Assembly: GCA_024346625.1 (NCBI GenBank)
Contig: AP024664.1
Span: 248,001 to 312,000 of the forward strand
DNA length: 64,000 bases
Reading direction: 5' to 3'
Source: Williopsis jadinii
Lineage: Eukaryota
Of this stretch, positions 21,276-31,641 are shown one piece after another. The stretch's first letter is position 1. Each line of letters starts with the position of its first letter. The position numbers and the translations under genes were made by a program. The notes beneath the pieces were generated by a model, which was given only the letters and a program-made list of their open reading frames with translations, was not told where the DNA came from and did not search any database.

Positions 21276-21945
21276 CTAAATCCTCAGGTTTTTAGCGCCC
21301 TCCTCTGCTAATCTCTCCTTCTTACGTCTCTCAACGTCCCAGTTGTATAGTCTAGCGGTGTTAACCTCCATGGTGGTGATGTTTTCCCTCAGAAACTCTG
21401 CATCTTCTTCGCTGATCTCCAGGTTGGTCTTTGCAGTGGATAACTTCTCAACTAATAGCTCCTCGGCTTCGTCAATTGGGTATTCAAGCATAATGTCTGC
21501 TCCTAACCAAAGCATCACCTTATCTGTAGGCTCGATCGTCGCAGTTGTATATAGGGTCTCGTTCAACTCGTAATTCGTATCGATACTCTCTTGGGACTCG
21601 TTCTTCTCTTTCAGGAACCTAACCATCCTTAGCGATTCCTCAATCTCCGGGATCTTCTTCATGAACTGGGCCTGTGCGTTGATCTTACTCTGTTCCATAT
21701 ACTTGTATTGTTGTAATCTTTCTTGGAACAATTGCATCACCTTGTCAAAATCGTCTGACGTCTTGACATATTCATCAACCTTCTCAACGAATGGAGCCTG
21801 TGGAATCCCACGGGGGTTCTTCACCTTACTGCTTCGCTATTAGTACACGTTCACTTTCGTCAGCATCACCATACAACTGATGACACATGAAGGATATCTA
21901 CCATCCAGTTGAGACCTTCACATACGAGTTCAAAAGTTCTTCCAT
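21276..21945 (-). CDS. PAC10: Prefoldin subunit 3; exons 21945-21926 and 21828-21276
   Basis: NPRGIPQAPF, LWLGADIMLEY, ITTMEVNTARLYNW. Intron 21925-21829 (GTATGT, TACTAAT, CAG) gives MEELLNSKVKNPRG. Confidence 0.92.
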
Positions 21946-22087
21946 AGCAACTAATCACACTCCAACACACGCAGATTGCACACAATTCTCCTTGGCCTTG
22001 TTCAGCTGTTCATCCAAGTAGCCATGTTCGTGATGCTATGAACCGCGAAATCAACAACAAACCCATAGTGTTAGCCCCATGTATTTC

Positions 22088-22141
22088 TCACGTGATTTAG
22101 ATCCAAAGCCCTAACATCCATACACCATCTAGACGTCACAG
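22088..22141 (+). promoter_or_regulatory. RPL18 promoter: Cbf1, Tbf1 and Rap1 sites
   Basis: TCACGTGA 22088-22095; AGCCCTAA 22107-22114; ACATCCATACACC 22114-22126 (canonical Rap1 match). Confidence 0.7.
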
Positions 22142-22259
22142 CTCGCAAAACGGCCTCCCACGCACACAGTACAGTGCTGAAATTATTTTTCAACTCTTTC
22201 AATCCTTCACCTCTCAGCTTATTCGTTTTAGAGGTTATCGCTTCAAAGAACATCACAAA

Positions 22260-23276
22260 ATGGGTAGAGATCACTTCACTAAGCAACACGCTAGATCCGG
22301 TCACAGAGAGGCTCCAAAGTCTGACAACGTCTACTTGAAGTTGTTGGTCAAGTTGTACTCCTTCTTGGCTCGTGAGTAAACTCATCATTATCAATGTCCC
22401 AGAGTGGTTTTTTTGTTCTTTTATACATTATACCCCTTGCTCTCTATTCTCTGAGAGCTCAGTGTCTTCTCTTGGTTGGCTCCCTTCACCTCTCATGTTT
22501 GGAAAGTGTGTGAAGTGAGATCTTTTCATCTACTAAGCGAAACTTTGGTTCGATCTAATAATGGGTCTTGAGCTAAAGGACAAACATCATAAATGGCTTT
22601 TCAGTGAAGATACTGAAGAATAAGCCCGTTTGTTTGTCTTGCTCCTCTAGATTGAACCCTCTTTAGTATCACTTGATCTGTCTCTTCTCACTCAACCCTA
22701 GACGTTGATGTGTTCGAGTCTAAATATCAAGAGATGAGACTGAAATTCCCTTTCTGCGAGTACAAAAAGAAACTTGTGCGACATTGAGCAGAAAACACCC
22801 CACTGTATACTAACAAACTTCCAATAGGTCGTACCGATGCTCCATTCAACAAGGTTGTCCTTAAGTCTTTGTTCCTCTCAAAGATCAACAGACCACCAGT
22901 TTCTGTTTCCAGAATCTCCCGTGCTTTGTCTCAAAAGGGTGCTGCTGACAAGACCATTGTCGTTGTTGGTACCGTCACCGATGACAACCGTATCTTTGAG
23001 TTCCCAAAGGCTACCGTTGCTGCTTTGAGATTCACTGCTGGTGCTCGTGCTAAGATCTTGAAGGCTGGTGGTGAGGCTATCACTTTGGATCAATTGGCTA
23101 CCCGTGCTCCAAAGGGTCAAAACACTTTGCTCGTCAGAGGTCCAAGAAACTCCAGAGAGGCTGTTAGACACTTTGGTTTCGGTCCACACAAGAACAAAGC
23201 CCCAAGAATCTTGTCCAAGGGTAGAAAGTTCGAGAGAGCTAGAGGTAAGAGAAACTCTAGAGGTTTCAAGGTCTAA
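22260..23276 (+). CDS. RPL18: 60S ribosomal protein L18 (eL18); exons 22260-22371 and 22828-23276
   Basis: [10 protein letters not shown]...[26 protein letters not shown]...RGFKV. Intron 22372-22827 (GTGAGT, TACTAAC, TAG). Confidence 0.96.
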
Positions 23277-23774
23277 GCCTCTTGAGATCTTGCTCTTCTA
23301 CTTACTGACAATGATTGGTTATGATTTGCTTTGCTTCTATAATTGTGTAATTTTATTTGGAAATGGGTTTTTGTTATCAATGGTTGTCTAATAATGAAGT
23401 GTAGTTTGAGGCTATCACAAATGTGTGTAGGTATATGGGTGGTTATGACGTTACCGTCACGTGACTGTCGCTTACTTTATGTGCAGTGATCCACAAAGCA
23501 CAAAAGAGATTTCCATTTATATACTTGTGAGCCAATTCACTGGCGAGCATGACAGTGTTAATGTGTGAGTGAGAAAGAGAAAGAGAGACTTTGAGAACAT
23601 TTGTGACGTAATCTCAATTCCGGTGCGCCAGCCAGCTTCTTTTACTTATGAACTCCAAAGATTGGTTTCCCTTCCGTTCTCATATCGAGCTGACATGGAC
23701 GATCAGCAAGATGGCCTTTGTGTAACAGATCAGAGAGACGTTTGTGGCATCAGAGTCAGTATGTCTACGGCTGG

Positions 23775-23811
23775 TTTTGTGTCACTTTTCTGGTGAATCT
23801 TTTGACACAAA
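23775..23811. promoter_or_regulatory. Two middle-sporulation elements (Ndt80/Sum1 MSE)
   Basis: TTTTGTGTCACT at 23775 (reverse AGTGACACAAAA) and GACACAAA at 23804, ~160-200 bp upstream of the 23971 ATG. Confidence 0.65.
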
Positions 23812-23970
23812 GAAGATAAATAAACGGGCTGTTCCCAGTTCCCTCCTTTCTTTCTCATACCGTCTACTTCACTACCAGTTTACCTTCTTATCAGATTATT
23901 CTGCCTGAGGAAAACGTCTATCGATACTACAAACTCGTTTGTACACATCACAGCTACTATATTAAGCGAC

Positions 23971-25596
23971 ATGAACTCCATTACTATCGAGCAAAGCTTC
24001 CAACAGACTTCTGAGAAGTCCAGTCGCCAATCTTCTGGCACCGCAGTTGTTGACCAAGCATATGCTGAATCCGCTGCACACTCTGATGAGGTTCCTTACC
24101 AGCATGGTGGGATCCTCAGAAGAGATCGTGACCATTCAAGACACTCTTGGAGATCCATCATCGCCAAGAAGTCTCATCATGGTGTGAGAGACTGGTTGAA
24201 GTTGCACATCACCAAGGTGACTGTTAAGGATGAAGACAACTCCACACTGAATGTGTCGGCTCGTCGTGACTCCGAAGCCGTTACTATTGAGTTGGTGAGC
24301 TTCTTCAACAATGATGAGTCTTCCGGTCCTAATGTCTCCATGGAGACTACGGTTTCCGGTGTTGAGAATAAAATGAGCAAGAGAACCTTGGTTAAGTCCT
24401 GGTTCAAACGAAAACCACGCAGTATACACACCAACAATTACTCCAATGTTACCACCGGAAATGAGAATAACGACAACAACACAGTCAACCAACAGCTTAC
24501 AGGAAACAACGTTGCTGCCTATCTTACACCATTGACTGTTTCAACAACAGAGACTGGTTTTGCTATTTACAATGATACTATTGCTACAACTACGACTACT
24601 GACGCCATGGTGAACAACATTTCAAATGCTACAACTGATACCGACAATATTAACTCTAAACTCAAGCGCAAAAGGGAATTTACATTTTTCAAAGACAGTT
24701 TCAAGAAGTCTGTTGATGATTGGAGAATCAAGAGACAGAGAGTGGAGTCCAAATTTGAGGTCCAAGAGGAAACTTGTGAAGAAGAGGATACTGAAGAGGC
24801 TGCTGACCACGATACTAACGATTATACTAACGACTACACCGACCATGATTCCGATTACGAAGACTACACTGACCACGATTCCGATTACGAAGACTACACT
24901 GACCACGATTCCGATTACGAAGACTACAGTGATGATTCCTTCCGTTCCAATGGTACATATGACCCCGTTACTGTTTTGGTTCCAACTATCAGGGAAGGAA
25001 GATACATGATTTCCACATTGAAGAATAGCATCATGGAGGGAGAAACAATCAAGAGTGTTTATGACAAAGACGATGACTATATTTCAGATGACGATAAGCC
25101 ATTTGATATCAAAGATCCACGGTGCTTTGGGATCGAGCCCGAGGAGGAGGAATATTACGAGGAACCAACACTCTACTCGAAGATTAAATTTGAAGATTTT
25201 TCAGAGGTTGTTTTCTACAACGGGTCTGGAACTTTGAGACAGATCAGTTCTAAGAATGAGAGCCGCTCTATCAAATTGCAAGGCGTTGCTCATTCTGAAA
25301 ACACCGAGAAGTACTTGAATGGTTCAAGAGATTTTACACTTGAATCGTCTCTGACCATCGAGCCAAGATCCATTTTGAAATCCAAGGTTAACAAAAACCG
25401 TATTGATGAGACCATCAGACTGGAGGAGTGTGAGGAAATTGGTCTTGAAGACTTCTTGAACACTTTAGACGATCAAGAAGAGGAGAGAAATGAAGTACTT
25501 GATTATTTGTACAATATCAGGGACAGACAAGTTGTTGAATATTATATGAATATTTCCAAGTCTAGTACTACCACTGCTGGTGGTGCTCTGGAATGA
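23971..25596 (+). CDS. GIP1: Probable sporulation-specific PP1 (Glc7) targeting subunit, Gip1-like
   Basis: Low-complexity protein with an RVxF-type KIKF motif and downstream SILK motif (PRSILKSK); MSEs in the promoter. Orthology is inferred, not aligned. Confidence 0.55.
   Translation: MNSITIEQSFQQTSEKSSRQSSGTAVVDQAYAESAAHSDEVPYQHGGILRRDRDHSRHSWRSIIAKKSHHGVRDWLKLHITKVTVKDEDNSTLNVSARRDSEAVTIELVSFFNNDESSGPNVSMETTVSGVENKMSKRTLVKSWFKRKPRSIHTNNYSNVTTGNENNDNNTVNQQLTGNNVAAYLTPLTVSTTETGFAIYNDTIATTTTTDAMVNNISNATTDTDNINSKLKRKREFTFFKDSFKKSVDDWRIKRQRVESKFEVQEETCEEEDTEEAADHDTNDYTNDYTDHDSDYEDYTDHDSDYEDYTDHDSDYEDYSDDSFRSNGTYDPVTVLVPTIREGRYMISTLKNSIMEGETIKSVYDKDDDYISDDDKPFDIKDPRCFGIEPEEEEYYEEPTLYSKIKFEDFSEVVFYNGSGTLRQISSKNESRSIKLQGVAHSENTEKYLNGSRDFTLESSLTIEPRSILKSKVNKNRIDETIRLEECEEIGLEDFLNTLDDQEEERNEVLDYLYNIRDRQVVEYYMNISKSSTTTAGGALE
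24832..24928 (+). repeat. 30-bp coding minisatellite, ~3.2 copies, encoding (DYTDHDSDYE)n
   Basis: GACTACACYGACCAYGATTCCGATTACGAA repeated three times plus a partial copy. Confidence 0.95.
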
Positions 25597-26618
25597 TGGT
25601 TATAACCAAAACTTATGTGTGTGTCTTTATGACTATTTGTTTCTTACAAAAAAAAAAAAAAAAATTGTGTTTTTTTATCTTATTTCTATTACAAAAAAAA
25701 TTATGATACTATGTGTTTAGTTATTATGATTCTATTATACCTTCTTTATGGTTAATTTGCACATGTAAGCCCCCTAGTTCTAATTATAGCGTTCCGTAAT
25801 GGAGGTTGAGCGTTTTATGCCTTGAAATGTCCAGTATAATCTCCACCAGATGGAGGCCAGTGAATGGTAGCGTAAGCCTATAATTGGCACGCCAGCCACA
25901 CTATATAACGGTCCGGATACTATGGACTGTACAATAAAGTATAGCACATGACATCTCTTTACTCAAATACTACGTTTATAAGAGCCCATCCCATCGTCCA
26001 TTATATAAAAGAAGAGATCATAACTATAACGCAGAAAGCAAGGAGCCTTTATAAGGTGTATTGGGTATTAATTATATCCTAACTTGCCCATTTCTAGGGC
26101 GATCCAATCGCTTTAAAATACCCTCATGGGGCATTATATACACTTTAGAACCATCTGCACCGTTAAATCTTCCCATTTTAGCACGCAGAACGCTCTATTC
26201 CTGTTGTATACATCTATAGATCACCATGAACGACGCACGTTTTGATGCAAACATGCGTGCATGGCCCGCGAATCTTCCCGCATTCGGACATTATTTCTTT
26301 TTTTGCCTGCTTTGCTCGATGAGGAGCGGAAAAAAATTTTGGGCCCACGAGGATTAAAACTGGCTTCCTTTGACGTTTTTTCCCTCTTCTCCTTGATAAA
26401 CAACAGCTTCCTCTCTGCTTACTTCGTTTGTTGTTGTTCTAACTGTGTGTGTGTTTGGTGGAAATAACTTGAAGAGGAGATCTCATTAACGTTCTGAATG
26501 GCTGGAAGCTAATTGGTTTATTCCCGCAGTTCGAACTCTTTTCCATCTTAGCTTAGCACTTACTAAGACGAGTCACTAAAAAAGAGCGAAGGAAAGAGAG
26601 AGAGAAATCACAAGAGAG

Positions 26619-28763
26619 ATGTCAGACCACGAATCAGTTCACTCTGCTAACTCCATGAAGACAGAGGCGCTTCATGATCACAGGAACCAGGCTAATTCGT
26701 TGCCTATTCGCCGTGGCTCCGTGTTTGATGGGGGTAGGCTTCCTCCGCCTGCTATTGAGGTTGTTGCTAGTAGTACCAACAACGCAACCAATAATGACCC
26801 GGCAGGTGAGATCTCAACAACACTGGATGACGATACAGACACCAGTGATGAGAAGTTAAGACCTGTGACTCGTGTCAAACTGGAGAGTGACGATGACTCA
26901 AATGGATACACTAGTCCTCCGTTGAAGTCGAGAGGCCGTTCTTTGAGTGGTGCTAATCAGCACGACAGTACACCATCACGTGGTATATTGTTGAATAAGA
27001 CGGCATCTATACCAGCCAATGCTGGTGGTGTTGGTTCCCACCACTCGCCGTCTTTACATCCTTTGAGACAGACACCTTCTGTGGTTTCTAGAAATTCCAA
27101 CTCAAGAGCGGATTTTGATAACGAGTTGAAGAACTTTGAACGTCGTCGTCGTCTTTCACGTTCTTCCAATAACGATTCAGAGGCAACTTCAAGAAGATCG
27201 GACTCCTTGGAGACTGAGGAAGATGTCTGTTTCCCGTTATTGCCTGAACACGTGAGGGTCAACGGCATTGACTTTGACGAATTGGAGGAGTTTATCCAAT
27301 CTTGCCGTGAAGAAGATGAAAGGCTACGTAAGGAAGGTGGAGTCACCACTGGTTCAAGTTCCAACTCGTCAAGTGCTGCTGCTCAAAGGTATACTCCACA
27401 GGTTCACAGAACGTTGAGCAAAATAACTACAAGATCATCAAACGCAACTGGTGTACAGTTTGGCCGTGATAGAGTGGAAGGTGAAACCAGTGCTCCTGAT
27501 AGATTCTCATTCTTCTGTTCTGAATCTGACGAGACTGTTCATGCGCCAGATTTGCCGTCATTGTTGGCACCTGGGGAATCGTTCCATGAGCTCTTCAGAA
27601 ATGGTAAACCAACATGGTGGCTGGATTGCGTCTGCCCTACAGATGCAGAGATGAGAGCTTTATCAAAGGCTTTCAGTATCCATCCTTTGACAGCAGAGGA
27701 TATCCGTATGCAAGAAACTCGTGAAAAGGTTGAGCTGTTTAAACACTATTACTTTGTGTGTTTCCATACTTTTGAATCTGATAAGGAATCTGAAGATTTT
27801 CTGGAACCTATCAACGTCTATATTGTTGTCTTCAGAAATGGTGTCTTGACTTTTAGATTCGCTCCGATCTCTCATGCTGCTAACGTTAGAAGACGTGTTA
27901 GACAGTTGAGAGAATACGTTGATGTGAGTGCGGATTGGTTATGTTATGCATTGATCGATGACATCACCGATAGTTTTGCCCCAGTTATTCAATCCATAGA
28001 GTACGAGGCTGATGCCATAGAAGACCAAGTGTTCCTCTCCCGTGAGGATGATTTCGCCAATATGTTATTACAGATTGGTGAAGCCAGACGCAAAGTCATG
28101 ACGCTGATGAGGTTATTGTCAGGTAAGGCAGATGTCATCAAGATGTTTGCTAAACGTTGTCAAGATGAAGCTCAGGGAATCCCACCTCCTTTAACTTCAA
28201 ACGTCAACTTGGCAAATCTATCGAGTCAATCAAACAACTTACAGACTCAACCAAGAGGTGATATTGCCCTTTATCTGGGTGATATCCAGGATCACGTTGT
28301 TACGATGTTCCAAAACTTGGCTTCGTATGAAAAGATCTTTTCTCGCTCCCATTCCAACTATTTGGCTCAACTACAAGTTAAATCGTTTTATTCGAATCAC
28401 CAAGTGACAGAAATGCTCTCAAAGGTGACGTTAATTGGTACTTTGCTCGTTCCAATGAATTTAATTACGGGTTTATTCGGTATGAACGTTACAGTCCCAT
28501 GGCAAGATACTGGCAGCTTGGCTGCATTCTTTGGTATTCTAGGGTTCTTGGTGTTTATGGTTGTTACATTCTCCATTGCTGCAAATTGGTGGTTTACCAG
28601 AGCTTCTCAAAAGGTGGAGCAAGGCTCCATGTTTGACTCTGCAAAGTCAAGAATTGCAACGTTTGGTCGTGCTGGTAAAGCAAGAAACTTGGAGGACGCT
28701 GATCATCAAAAGGAGGCAAAATCTATACTTACTTTCCCAAGTCGGTTTGGTAGATTTGAATGA
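26619..28763 (+). CDS. ALR1: CorA-family plasma membrane Mg2+ transporter
   Basis: PDRFSFF, WWLDC.CPT, IHPLTAEDI, YLGDIQDH, GLFGMNV (GMN motif) and two TM helices. Confidence 0.95.
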   Translation: MSDHESVHSANSMKTEALHDHRNQANSLPIRRGSVFDGGRLPPPAIEVVASSTNNATNNDPAGEISTTLDDDTDTSDEKLRPVTRVKLESDDDSNGYTSPPLKSRGRSLSGANQHDSTPSRGILLNKTASIPANAGGVGSHHSPSLHPLRQTPSVVSRNSNSRADFDNELKNFERRRRLSRSSNNDSEATSRRSDSLETEEDVCFPLLPEHVRVNGIDFDELEEFIQSCREEDERLRKEGGVTTGSSSNSSSAAAQRYTPQVHRTLSKITTRSSNATGVQFGRDRVEGETSAPDRFSFFCSESDETVHAPDLPSLLAPGESFHELFRNGKPTWWLDCVCPTDAEMRALSKAFSIHPLTAEDIRMQETREKVELFKHYYFVCFHTFESDKESEDFLEPINVYIVVFRNGVLTFRFAPISHAANVRRRVRQLREYVDVSADWLCYALIDDITDSFAPVIQSIEYEADAIEDQVFLSREDDFANMLLQIGEARRKVMTLMRLLSGKADVIKMFAKRCQDEAQGIPPPLTSNVNLANLSSQSNNLQTQPRGDIALYLGDIQDHVVTMFQNLASYEKIFSRSHSNYLAQLQVKSFYSNHQVTEMLSKVTLIGTLLVPMNLITGLFGMNVTVPWQDTGSLAAFFGILGFLVFMVVTFSIAANWWFTRASQKVEQGSMFDSAKSRIATFGRAGKARNLEDADHQKEAKSILTFPSRFGRFE

Positions 28764-28981
28764 ATTCAATGTGCTATAATAATGTTCTCTTGTTTAGTCA
28801 ATCTTTTAACATAAGTATCTTTCTTCTCTATTGCACTATGAGGTCTTAAGTACATATACAACCATGACCTATAACAGTAAGACCTCAAATGCTGGAAGAG
28901 CAAAATATCAGATATAAAACCCCTTCCCAATAATCTAACATAATCCTGTAAACTTGTAATGAATGATGAAAGCAAGGAACG

Positions 28982-29854
28982 ATGCAATTCAATACAAACC
29001 TCACCACATTGACTCAAACAGCTCAGCCAACGGCTCCGAGTGCTGTGATATGCCCTAACGCCAGCTTGATGGACACTTTTGAGCGATTTGAACCTCGCCT
29101 TAACCTTGAGGATGATGAAGATATCTTTGCAGTAATGGATTTGGCAACAAAGGAACCTCAAGAAGGTACAGTAACTCAACAAGGATGGGTTTTAAATTTG
29201 GTGTTTGATGCCATTGTTGGGTACTTTGGAGGTCCACAGGCAGTTGCAGTGATTCAGGGCATGAGGCTATTTATTGGGCTAGGCAAAACCCATAAAAAAG
29301 TTGTTTCCAAGTTGTACCGTTCTTTGATAAACAGGTGGTATGGTCAAGTTATCGTTCCTAAGGGTACAGGCTTTGTGAAGACCTTCATGATAACTTTGAG
29401 GTTGGCTGATAAGTACGTTGCTGAGAACCATAGGGAGTTCTCACAGAGACAGGTGTACAGAGAATTTCGTGGTTTTGCAAGTAAACACCAATATCTCATT
29501 GATACCGGGAGGAAGGAGTTTAGAAACGTTCATGTTGTTGATGATTTAAACAATCTCGCTAGTATTGACATTGGTGAAGTTAACTCTGCGGAGAGGGTGG
29601 TACTCGGACCTGATTTCAAATACAAAATCTCAGTTGAAGTTGGAGAAGGTGGATTGTGGTTGGACTTTGAAGCAGAGTCCAGAGCACCTAAAGGTAAAGA
29701 TATCGTTGTTAATGACAGAATCTTCTTACCTAGGATGATTGATAATTTACCACAGGGATTGACAACAGAAGATGCTGTTGAAGAGTTGGTAAAAGGGTTT
29801 GATGATGGTCTACTCGATGATGAATTCATCAATAATCTAGTCAAAATTGCTTGA
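28982..29854 (+). CDS. Hypothetical protein with a divergent Pcl/Pho80-type cyclin-box-like region
   Basis: TFMITLRLADKYVAE...IGEVNSAERVVLGPDFKYKISV resembles the cyclin-box LxLAxKY...EVNxMERxxL..L.Y.L.V. Confidence 0.5.
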   Translation: MQFNTNLTTLTQTAQPTAPSAVICPNASLMDTFERFEPRLNLEDDEDIFAVMDLATKEPQEGTVTQQGWVLNLVFDAIVGYFGGPQAVAVIQGMRLFIGLGKTHKKVVSKLYRSLINRWYGQVIVPKGTGFVKTFMITLRLADKYVAENHREFSQRQVYREFRGFASKHQYLIDTGRKEFRNVHVVDDLNNLASIDIGEVNSAERVVLGPDFKYKISVEVGEGGLWLDFEAESRAPKGKDIVVNDRIFLPRMIDNLPQGLTTEDAVEELVKGFDDGLLDDEFINNLVKIA

Positions 29855-30779
29855 TAATTACCACAGGGCTCCATGCCATTCACTTCTAACAGGTCCAAGA
29901 ACTCCACCTTTGATTTACATTTTTTCTAAAGAGAGACAGCATCATGCGATATACAGTATCATCATTTTGTGCAAGTACACTGACCTTCAGCGCAACCACA
30001 ACTTGAGCCACATGGACAGTTTGCGTTACCACACCCTGCGTTGTCCTTTGGAACAGATATCTGAGATTGCATTGTCGTAAATGGTTTGTTCTTTTCTTAT
30101 CTTTGTTGAATGAGTGGATTAATGAGAGAGAAGAAGGAAGAAGAAGAAAAAAAGTGGAATGGTTCGAAAAGGCTCACAACTGTGTACACGCCGTTCACAA
30201 TAACACGTGATTTGAGTTACCTTACAATACTTTGTGTAGAATAATCCAACAAGATGGATTAATTTATCGTATATTACTAGTTGTATTGAGCTATACTTAT
30301 GTGTGAAGAGTCTACTATTCTCCCTTGAACTGCTTCCTTATTCTTTTCAATTACAATCACATTATATCGACATAACGGCTCCTCTACCTCAGAGAATGAG
30401 CGCAATTTCGCTTATACAACTCATTATCCAACGGAAGAAAGAAATCTATCAAAGATTTCCCCATGACAATCATACACCACTGCCTATTTAACCATCAAAC
30501 AAAGCACAATTTCCACCGAGCACTCACTAACATTACCATCATCGAGTTCTATAAAATCAACATGAACGCAACTCGACGCATAGTTTTCGTTCCACCTGTG
30601 CGAAGTTCCTCTTTTGGAACCGTTTCGCAATTGCGTAATTATCCTTGCGCCAAAAAAAATTTCGTTATCTCTTTTTTCGCAAATCTTTGACAGCTTTCCT
30701 TCGAGTACTAATTTCATCTTCAAAATGGCATTGAATTGTCTGTTAAAATTGGACAGCAGAGTCATAGAAGTAGACAAAA

Positions 30780-31596
30780 ATGAGTGCTGCAGCTGCTGTT
30801 GACAGAGGAGTTCGTCTTGGTAAGTTGCAATGCCCAGTAGTTTTCCATTTGATTACACTAACAGAGGGTGTGTAAAGACAATGGTGAGAGGGACTATAAC
30901 CACGTTTCCGACTCCGAGTACAAGAAACTGAGAGATTTGGCTGACCAGGCCTACAAGAAGAGACAACAGCTGAGTGCCCAGTCTCAGAAGGCATATAAAC
31001 AAGGTGATGGTGCACGTGCAAAGGAACTGAGTGAACAGGCAAAGAAACAGATGGCTATTGGTGACGATTACAACTTTAAGGCTGCAGAGTATGTCTTTAG
31101 AGAGAACAATGCTGATTCTGATTCCAATGAGATTGACCTACACGGCTTATACGTCAAAGAAGCTATATATATCTTGAAGAGACGTATCGCGGCTGGTGTA
31201 AACCGTGGCGAGTCCAAACTTGAGGTTATTGTTGGTAAGGGTATTCACTCTGAAAATGGTGTTGCCAAACTGAAACCAGCAGTGGAGGAGTTGTGTAGCG
31301 AAGCAGGGCTGAGATCGTACATTGACAAGAAGAACACTGGTGTTTTGATTGTAGAACTCCAAGGTGCTAGAATCCCACAATCGTGGAACGTTCAACCTCT
31401 AGCTTCCAACTTCAACAAACCTCAAGAGGTTTACCACGGACAGGCCCAACAGGGTTATCAGCAACAGCAACAACCACAGTACCAACAACAGCCTCATTAC
31501 CAACAGCAGCAACAACAGCAACAAGGTGGAAACAACGACCTTGTTGGCTTACTGGTCAAAGTTTTCTGTATGTGTTTCAAGACTTTCACAAAATGA
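30780..31596 (+). CDS. Smr-domain protein (DUF1771 + Smr), YPL199C-like; exons 30780-30819 and 30878-31596
   Basis: RDYNH..D.EY..LR.LAD.AY, EIDLHGLYVKEA, VIVGKGIHS.NG.AKLKP; Q-rich tail. Intron 30820-30877 (GTAAGT, CACTAAC, AAG). Confidence 0.88.
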
Positions 31597-31641
31597 TTCT
31601 CCTGTTCTTTTCTTCAACCTAGTGATAATATAATAACTGTA

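Noticed and set aside
26140..26215. snR30-like motifs (AGAACCAT, TATTCCTG)
   Set aside because: Imperfect and in the wrong order relative to snR30 m1/m2; no convincing H/ACA structure.
26500..26545. GTTCGAACTC B-box-like motif as a tRNA
   Set aside because: No cloverleaf or acceptor stem can be formed.
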